From assembly GCA_963805975.1 (NCBI GenBank), contig CAWDVR010000003.1:1-64000 (forward strand): DNA of 64,000 nucleotides. The letters run 5' to 3'. Shown piece by piece: positions 57,474-64,000 of this stretch. Within the stretch, counting starts at the first letter, position 1. Each line of letters opens with the position of its first letter. A model generated the notes under the pieces. That model had not been told where the DNA came from. It was given only the letters and a program-made list of their open reading frames with translations, and searched no databases. The stretch comes from an uncultured Acidobacteriota bacterium (lineage in GTDB: Bacteria; Acidobacteriota; Thermoanaerobaculia; Multivoradales; SZUA-115). Both the position numbers and the translations under genes were made by a program.

Positions 57474-59118
57474 TCTCTGCCGCCGCCCGCACGTCCTCGT
57501 CCGAGTCGCGGGTGAGGATCTCAAGGATCTCCTCCGAGGTGGCTGGATGTGCTGCCACGGCAGTGCGGATGGTGGCGACGGGGTCTCGGGCGAGCGTGAT
57601 CAGGACGGCGGCGGAGAGGTCCGAGCGCTTCACCACCGCCCAGCGCACGGCGGGTGAGATGTCCTGCGCGAGGGCCGCGAGCACGTCCTCGACGGCCGCT
57701 TCGTGGATGGCCACGGCCGTCCGGGTCTGGGGGTCAGCGTCGCTCGCGAGCAGAGCCAGCAGCGCGGCGGGGCAGGCGGAATGCCGGGCGGCGAGACGGC
57801 GGCCCCAGGGGCCGAGGGCCGCGAGCCGCTCGAGGTCCGACGCAGAGAGGTGGGGATCGGCCGCCGCGGGCTCGTAGCCATCCATCTCCCGCGCGCTGCC
57901 CGCGCTCAGCAACAGTTCCAGCACCGGTCCGGGCAGCCGCGGGTTTCGTGCCGCGGCCTGGCGGACGAGGAGATCGGCGTCGGCTGCCAGCCGGGCGAGG
58001 TCCTCCGTGCTCGTCGCCGGGTGCCGTGCGGCCAACAGCCGCCCCCAGGCGCCGGAGCGCGCGAGCCGGGAGAGCTCGGAGCCGGCTAGGCCGGGGTCCG
58101 GCTCTCCCAGGGTCGAGAGTGTCTCGCTCGCTCCCGCTCGGCGCAGCAGCTCGCGGTGCGCCGCCGGGAAGCTCGGGTGCGCGGCGGCCGCTTCCCGCAC
58201 CCGTCCGGCCCCGTGCTCGGCGAGGCGTGCGAGCAGCTCGGCAGGGGCAGCGGAGTGGCGGGCGATGGCGGAGAGCCTCTCGCTGTCGTCCTCGTCCGCG
58301 GCCAGCAGCAGGAGCGCCGCAGCGGGAGCCCCTGGATTGCCGAGCACGGCCTGCTGTACGGAGAGGTCGTCGTCCTCCGCGAGCCGGAGGAGCGCCGCCG
58401 GGCAGGCGGTGTTGGTGGCCAGTGCGGCGCGAGTGGCCGCATCGACGTCCCTGGCGAGGCGTGTGACCTCTTCCTCCGTGAGGTCCGGCAGGCCGGCCGC
58501 GAGCCGGCGCGCCAACGGCCCGAGGCTCGAGAGCGCGGCTCGTTCGCCAGGGGACAACGATCGGGAAGCGGCTCCGACCGTCACTAGGTCCGGAGCGGCG
58601 CCGGCGGCTAGCAGGAGCGCCAGCGCCGCGGCCGAGACCGGGCTCGAAGGAGCGCGCACCAGCGCCGCCTGGCGTACAGCCACTTCCGCGTCAGCCAGCA
58701 GACCGGCAAGGATCTCGGAAGGCAGAGCCGGGTGGGCCGCGAGGTCGGCGCGCAGGCTGGCGCTGGGGTGCCCCGCCAAGGAAATCAGGGTAGCGGGCGG
58801 CGTCGCCGGATGGCGAGCCGCGAGCCGCTGGCCCCACGCGCCGCCCTCGGCAAGCCGCGCCAGCACCTCCGGCGGCAGCGTGGGGTCGGGCGGCGCGAAG
58901 GAAGAGAGGTCCGCGCTCGACCCCGCGCGCCGCAGCAGGGCCAGCTCCTCGGCAGGGAATTCCGGATCAGCTGCCGCACGGCGCCGCACCCAGAGCTTGT
59001 CGTCGAGGGCGAGGCGAAGGAGCGCATCGACCGGAGCCTCGAGGTCCCGCGCCGCCTCGAGGCACGGCGCTGGCGCCACGCTGGCTGCGAATCGGTAAGG
59101 CTGCTGGCGCTCGCTCAT
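57430..59118 (-). CDS. LRV/HEAT-like alpha-solenoid repeat protein
   Basis: Repeated L..LA.D....VR.A.A.HP..P units; starts MSERQQPY 11 bp after the cheW stop. Confidence 0.8.
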   Translation of the reverse strand: MSERQQPYRFAASVAPAPCLEAARDLEAPVDALLRLALDDKLWVRRRAAADPEFPAEELALLRRAGSSADLSSFAPPDPTLPPEVLARLAEGGAWGQRLAARHPATPPATLISLAGHPSASLRADLAAHPALPSEILAGLLADAEVAVRQAALVRAPSSPVSAAALALLLAAGAAPDLVTVGAASRSLSPGERAALSSLGPLARRLAAGLPDLTEEEVTRLARDVDAATRAALATNTACPAALLRLAEDDDLSVQQAVLGNPGAPAAALLLLAADEDDSERLSAIARHSAAPAELLARLAEHGAGRVREAAAAHPSFPAAHRELLRRAGASETLSTLGEPDPGLAGSELSRLARSGAWGRLLAARHPATSTEDLARLAADADLLVRQAAARNPRLPGPVLELLLSAGSAREMDGYEPAAADPHLSASDLERLAALGPWGRRLAARHSACPAALLALLASDADPQTRTAVAIHEAAVEDVLAALAQDISPAVRWAVVKRSDLSAAVLITLARDPVATIRTAVAAHPATSEEILEILTRDSDEDVRAAAEMDSRLRGNDGAPVR

Positions 59119-59129
59119 CGCCCGCGAGT

Positions 59130-60206
59130 CTAGCCGGCCGCCCGGATCTCGCAGGGAGCTGGCGACCGAGCTTCGCTCGCTACAGAGCGCCTCACGCCCC
59201 GGCTGAGGAATCGATCGAGGTCCGGGATGAACACCGTGCCGGCTTCGAGCTGGAAGACGCCGCGGACCAGCGAGCGGTCGAGCAGGCGGCCGGTGGCGTT
59301 GACCTGGTTGGGCAGCGGCAGGCTCTCGACCCGCACCTCGGGCCGCACCGGGAAGCCCAGCTTGAGCGGCACGCGCGCGCCGCGGGCCACCAGCAGCCGG
59401 CTCTCGCCCTCGAAGAACGAGGGCCCGGCGCCCATGCGCAGCGAGAGGTCGATCACCGGCACCACCTCGTCGCGGAAGGGAGCCAGCCCCAGCAGGTAGG
59501 GTGGCGCGCCCGGCACCCGCAGCAGCGGCTGCGGGCGCACGATCTCCTGCACCTGGGAGAGCGACAGGCCGAAGAGCACTGGCGCCTCGCCTCCCGGCGA
59601 GGTGGAGAAGAGCAGCAGCCGGCGAGGTCCGGCGGCGGCCGACTGGGGTGCCCCGCTTCCCCGAGATGGGGTTCCGTCGGGCACGGTCCCGGGAGCGGAG
59701 GATTCCGGCACCTCCCAGGGCTCGGCGGGGGAAGCATCTCCTCCGGGGACGAGCCGCTCGGCGGCGAGAACCAGGGCGAGGCGGCCGGAGAGCCGGGCCA
59801 CGGCTTCGAGCGGCGAGCCCGCGGCGCGGGTGACGAGCCGCGGCAGGGCCAGCAGGTTCGCGGCGCCCACCTCCTCGGTGCGCTCGACCCGCTCCACCAT
59901 CAGCCCGAAGGGCCCGCGCCGCCCGTCGAGCAGCACCACGGGGCCGAACCGATCGCGTGCCGGGAGCGGCGAGCCGACGAGCGCTGCCAGCCGGTAGACC
60001 GGGACGCCGCTGCCGTTGTCTCCCGCGCCGCCCGTGCGCAGGCGGCCCGCGAGCATCCCACCGGTGTCGCCCTCCGCCGCGGGCAGCATCCCCTCGCCAC
60101 GCTCGAGCCCGAGGACGCGTGCCATGGGCAGGCAGTAGGTCTCGCCCCCGGCCTGGCAGGCGAGAAGTGCTACCGGCCCGCCGCTCGGCCCGGACGACGG
60201 GCTCAA
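59130..60206 (-). CDS. cheW: Tandem CheW-domain adaptor
   Basis: YCLPMARV...VPVYRL...FGLMVERV and FGLSLSQVQEIV...RVPGAPPYLLGL...VPVIDL; TTG start overlaps the cheA stop. Confidence 0.82.
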   Translation of the reverse strand: MSPSSGPSGGPVALLACQAGGETYCLPMARVLGLERGEGMLPAAEGDTGGMLAGRLRTGGAGDNGSGVPVYRLAALVGSPLPARDRFGPVVLLDGRRGPFGLMVERVERTEEVGAANLLALPRLVTRAAGSPLEAVARLSGRLALVLAAERLVPGGDASPAEPWEVPESSAPGTVPDGTPSRGSGAPQSAAAGPRRLLLFSTSPGGEAPVLFGLSLSQVQEIVRPQPLLRVPGAPPYLLGLAPFRDEVVPVIDLSLRMGAGPSFFEGESRLLVARGARVPLKLGFPVRPEVRVESLPLPNQVNATGRLLDRSLVRGVFQLEAGTVFIPDLDRFLSRGVRRSVASEARSPAPCEIRAAG

Positions 60207-63049
60207 GGCGCCGGCTCTCCGTCGAGCGGCGCCGGTAGATGGGCGCCGGCCCTGGGCGGTACACCGGGCACGGCCGGTGCGGCCACGGCGCGGGCGCCGA
60301 GGCGGCGAAGGATGGCGAGCAGGGCCTCGTCCTGGAAGGGTTTGACCACGTAGTCCGCCACCCCGAGCTCGAAGGCGCGCTGGCGGTGCTTGTCGCCGGC
60401 CCGCGAGGTGAGCATCACGACCGGGATGCCGGCCAGCGCCGGCTGGCCCTTGAGCGTCGCCACCAGCTCGTAGCCGTCCATGCGCGGCATCTCGATGTCG
60501 AGCAGCAGGACGTCCGGCGGCTGGCTCGCGTGCTGGAGGATCTCGAGCGCCTCGACGCCGTCGCGGGCGGTGGTCGGGCGGATGCCCGCGCCGCGCAGCA
60601 GGGCGGAGAGCACCCGGCGCACGGAGAGCGAGTCGTCGACGATCATCACCTCGAGCGCCCGCGCGCCGCGGCGGCGGGGCTGGAGCGCCGCCGCCCGGCT
60701 GCGGGCGGCGACCCGCACGGCATCGCGGGCCTTGCGCTCCACCAGCTCGGCGGGGGCGAGGATCAGCACCACGCTGCCGTCGCCCATGAGCGTGGCGCCG
60801 GTCAGGCCGGGCACGCGCTTGAGGTGCGGGCCCAGGCCCTTGACCACCACCTCGCGGGCCTCGAGCAGGGTCTCGACCACCAGCGCGTACTTGCGGCCAC
60901 CGAGCCGGACCACGAGCACCGGCAAATGCACGTCGCCGGCCGCCACGGCCGGGGCGTCCGTCCCACCCAGGGCCTCGGCGAGATGGATCACGGGCAGCAC
61001 CTCGTCGCCGGCCCGCAGCACGGGCTCCTGGCCCACGCTCTCGAGGTCGCGGCGGTCGGCGCGGAGGATCTGCGTCACCACGGCGAGCGGCACGGCATAG
61101 CGCCGGCCGCCGGCCGCCACCATCAGCACCTTGAGGATCGCCAGGCTGACCGGCAGGCGGATCGAGACCCGGGTGCCTGCGCCGGGCGTGGACTGGAGGG
61201 CGACCGAGCCTTTCATCCGCTCGACCGTGGTCTTGACCACGTCGAGGCCGACGCCGCGGCCGGAGACCTCGCTGACCTCGCCGGCGGTCGAGAAGCCGGG
61301 CAGGAAGAGGAGCTCGCTCACCTCGTCGGGGCCGAGGCCCGCGGCTTCCTGCGGTCCGACGTAGCCCTGGGCCACCGCCGCCTCGCGGATCGAGTCGGTA
61401 TCGAGCCCGGCGCCGTCGTCCTCGACGGTCAGCACCACCTCGGTGCCCTCGTGGGTGGCGGCGAGCCGCAACCGCCCGCGCTCCGGCTTGCCTGCGGCGC
61501 GGCGCAGCGCCGGCGGCTCGAGGCCGTGATCGACGGCATTCCGCATCAGGTGGAGCAGCGGGTCGGCGATCTCTTCGAGCACCGTCTTGTCGAGTTCGAC
61601 GTGGCTGCCTTCGATGAGCAGCTCGGCCGACTTGCCCTGCTGCTGCGCGGTCACGCGCACGGCACGTTCGAGGCGGGCGGCGAGGGTGCCCAGGGGCACC
61701 ATGCGCAGGCGCAGGAGGCCGTCCTGCACCTCGCTGGTCAGGCGCGAGAGGCGGGCCAGATAGCCGTCGAAGTCGCCGATGGTGCCGGTGAGCTCGCCGG
61801 AGAGGGCGGCGATGTCGCTGCCGGTCTCCCCCAGCTCGCGGGTGATCAGGTGGAGCTCGGTGTAGCGGTCGAGCTCCAGCTCGTCGAAGCCGGTGGTTCC
61901 CTTGCCGTTCGTGCCCTGGTGCGCCGCGTCGTAGCGGGCACCGCCGGCCGCGGCGCCCAGGGCGCGGAAGCCGCCGCCCCATGGCTTCCCGCCACCTAGG
62001 GCCGCGGCCTCGTAGCCGGTCTCGAGCCGCCCCGAGATGCGGCGCAGCCGCGCCACCGAGAGGTCGAGCTCGCCCACCTCGCGAGTCAAGGTGCCGAAGT
62101 GCTGCTCGAAGGTCGAGCGGTTCACCACCAGCTCGGAGACCAGGCGCACCAGCTCTTCGAGGCGGTCCCAGGGAACGCGCAGCGGAGCAACGCGCAGGGG
62201 AGCGGTCCGCGCCGCGGGAGCCGCCGTGCCGTTCGAGCGCGTCTCCTCCGAAAGCTCCCTGTAGCTCGGCGGCTCTGGCAGCGGGCGCTCGGTGGCCTCG
62301 TCGCCCAGCCGCTCGCGATAGCGCCGGTAGATCCCGCCGGTGGCCGCCGACTCGAGGTCGCCGCCGGTCGCCACCAGGTCGGAGAGCTCGTCGGCCGTCG
62401 CGTAGAGCAGGCCGAGGTCGGCTGGGGAGACCGGTGTGTCGGCCTCGACCAGCAGATCGAGCAGGTCTTCCATGCGGTGCGCCAGCCGGGAGACGGCGCC
62501 AAAGCCCACCAGCGCCGCGGTGCCTTTGAGCGTGTGGACGCTCCGGCGGATCTCGGCCAGCGGCGGCCGGAGCGCGGGCGCGGCCGCGAGCGCGGCAAGC
62601 GCCGTGGCCACCACCGACAGGTGGTCCTGGGCCTCGTCGAGGAAGGACTCGGCGAGCTCCGGCGAGACCTCCGCCAGCGACAGGCCGAGGGCGGGCCCGG
62701 GAGCGAGCTCGGGGGCTGGCCGGCGCTCGCTGACGACGCCGTCGAGATAGCTCTCGATCTCGGCGACGGCGGCGAGGAGCGCGGCCTCGAGCTCGCGGCC
62801 TGGCGCCAGAGCGCCGCTCCCCAGGGCCTCGAGCTGCGCCTCGAGCCGGCCGGCCATACCGCCCAGGGCGGGCAGCCCCACCATCGAGGCGGCGCCCTTG
62901 ATGCTGTGCGCCAGGCGGTGCGCCTCGGCGACGGATTTACCGCTCGCTGGGGCGCCGCGCGCCGCTTCGATGCCGGCGGTGATCGCCGGCAGGTAGCTCT
63001 TCGCCTCTTCGACGAAGCCGGCCAGGAGCTCCGGATCGATCTCGTGCAT
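60203..63049 (-). CDS. cheA: Hybrid CheA/ChpA-like kinase: two Hpt domains, HATPase, CheW and receiver
   Basis: AHSIKGAA, VHTLKGTA, HLMRNAVDHG, DDGAG, FLPGFST, SGRGVGLDVV, DIEMPRMDG, KP. Confidence 0.93.
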   Translation of the reverse strand: MHEIDPELLAGFVEEAKSYLPAITAGIEAARGAPASGKSVAEAHRLAHSIKGAASMVGLPALGGMAGRLEAQLEALGSGALAPGRELEAALLAAVAEIESYLDGVVSERRPAPELAPGPALGLSLAEVSPELAESFLDEAQDHLSVVATALAALAAAPALRPPLAEIRRSVHTLKGTAALVGFGAVSRLAHRMEDLLDLLVEADTPVSPADLGLLYATADELSDLVATGGDLESAATGGIYRRYRERLGDEATERPLPEPPSYRELSEETRSNGTAAPAARTAPLRVAPLRVPWDRLEELVRLVSELVVNRSTFEQHFGTLTREVGELDLSVARLRRISGRLETGYEAAALGGGKPWGGGFRALGAAAGGARYDAAHQGTNGKGTTGFDELELDRYTELHLITRELGETGSDIAALSGELTGTIGDFDGYLARLSRLTSEVQDGLLRLRMVPLGTLAARLERAVRVTAQQQGKSAELLIEGSHVELDKTVLEEIADPLLHLMRNAVDHGLEPPALRRAAGKPERGRLRLAATHEGTEVVLTVEDDGAGLDTDSIREAAVAQGYVGPQEAAGLGPDEVSELLFLPGFSTAGEVSEVSGRGVGLDVVKTTVERMKGSVALQSTPGAGTRVSIRLPVSLAILKVLMVAAGGRRYAVPLAVVTQILRADRRDLESVGQEPVLRAGDEVLPVIHLAEALGGTDAPAVAAGDVHLPVLVVRLGGRKYALVVETLLEAREVVVKGLGPHLKRVPGLTGATLMGDGSVVLILAPAELVERKARDAVRVAARSRAAALQPRRRGARALEVMIVDDSLSVRRVLSALLRGAGIRPTTARDGVEALEILQHASQPPDVLLLDIEMPRMDGYELVATLKGQPALAGIPVVMLTSRAGDKHRQRAFELGVADYVVKPFQDEALLAILRRLGARAVAAPAVPGVPPRAGAHLPAPLDGEPAP

Positions 63050-63058
63050 GCCGCCCTC

Positions 63059-64000
63059 CTATGCCGCGCGTTCCGGCAGCCGCAGCCGGTCGGCCAGCGA
63101 GCGCTCCGGCAGGCGGAAGCGGTCCATGGACTCGCGCAGGTCGTCGGCGAGCCCGGCCAGGTTGCGGATCGAGACCGCGGCCTGCTTGGTGCCGGCGGCG
63201 GTGCGCTGGGTGCCCTGGGAGATGTCGTTCATCGCCCGCGCCACACCCTCGGAGCCGCGCGCCTGCTGCTTGGCGGCGAGCGAGATCGACTGGATGATCT
63301 CCGCCAGCCGGTTGGACACGCTCTGGATTGCGCCCAGCGCCTGGCCGGCCTCGTTGGCGAGCGAGGAGCCGCCCACCACCTCGCGCGTGGTCGCCTCCAT
63401 GGCGGCCACCGCCTCGGTGGTCTCGCTCTGGATCGACTTGATCAGCGTGCCGATGCGCTTGGTGGCCTCGGCCGAGCGCTCGGCCAGCCGCTCCACTTCC
63501 TCGGCCACCACTGCGAAGCCGCGGCCGGCCTCGCCGGCCATGGCCGCCTGGATCGAGGCGTTCAAGGCCAGGATGCTGGTGCGGTCGGCGATGTCGCCGA
63601 TCAACTGTACGATCTCGCCGACCTCCTGCGAGCTCTCGCCCAGCCGCTTGATGCGCTTGGCGGTCTCCTGCACCTGCTGGCGGATCGAGCTCATACCTTC
63701 GATGGTCTTCGACACCGCCTCGGCGCCCTGCTTGGCGGTGGCGAGCGCCTGGTCGGCCACGCTCGCGGCCTGCACCGAGCTCTCCGACACCTGGGCCACG
63801 GAGACGGCGAGCTCGTCGACCGCCGCCGAGGTGCCGGCGAGCTCGGAGGACTGCCGCTCGCTGCCCTCGGCCAGGTGCTGGGCGGTGGACTGGATCTGGT
63901 TGGCGGCCGAGCTCACCTGGAACGTGGTGTCGCGGGCGGTGGAGATGATGCGCCGCAGCTCGGAGATCATCAGGTTGAAGGAGTCGGCGATGGCGCCGGT
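63059..64000 (-). CDS. Methyl-accepting chemotaxis protein (PilJ-like); 5' end lies beyond the window
   Basis: IADRTSILALNASIQAAMAGEAGRGFAVVAEEVERLAERS. Confidence 0.95.
   Translation of the reverse strand, partial: TGAIADSFNLMISELRRIISTARDTTFQVSSAANQIQSTAQHLAEGSERQSSELAGTSAAVDELAVSVAQVSESSVQAASVADQALATAKQGAEAVSKTIEGMSSIRQQVQETAKRIKRLGESSQEVGEIVQLIGDIADRTSILALNASIQAAMAGEAGRGFAVVAEEVERLAERSAEATKRIGTLIKSIQSETTEAVAAMEATTREVVGGSSLANEAGQALGAIQSVSNRLAEIIQSISLAAKQQARGSEGVARAMNDISQGTQRTAAGTKQAAVSIRNLAGLADDLRESMDRFRLPERSLADRLRLPERAA

Overview
High-GC bacterial DNA. The gene content suggests Acidobacteriota/Thermoanaerobaculia, but this is an inference. The window has two parts. (1) Bases ~1-36,300 form an accessory island with eight clan-CD cysteine proteases: five caspase/C14 and three TPR-CHAT, all with predicted signal or lipoprotein peptides, two split by single-base frameshifts. 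The island also carries an ECF sigma/anti-sigma pair, an orphan FtsX-like permease, a beta-barrel and a PEGA protein. Embedded in it is an operon built around a 1625-aa protein that fuses an N-terminal tubulin/FtsZ-like GTPase domain to a C-terminal actin/Hsp70-fold ATPase domain, flanked by vWA and membrane proteins and followed by a caspase. Repeated palindromes at the left end and tandem repeats at the right end suggest a mobile origin. (2) Bases ~36,400-64,000 look like core genome: ArsR/SRPBCC, TPR-CRTAC1-sulfatase, argE-hutF, PhzF, DinB, M14 peptidase, cysteine dioxygenase and ATP-grasp genes. These are followed by a sigma54-type guanidine utilisation operon (ABC transporter, gdmH-like hydrolase, hypA), REP-like inverted repeats and a Pil/Chp-like chemosensory cluster. 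No rRNA, tRNA, CRISPR array or transposase was recognised. All family calls come from motif recognition by eye; no searches were run.
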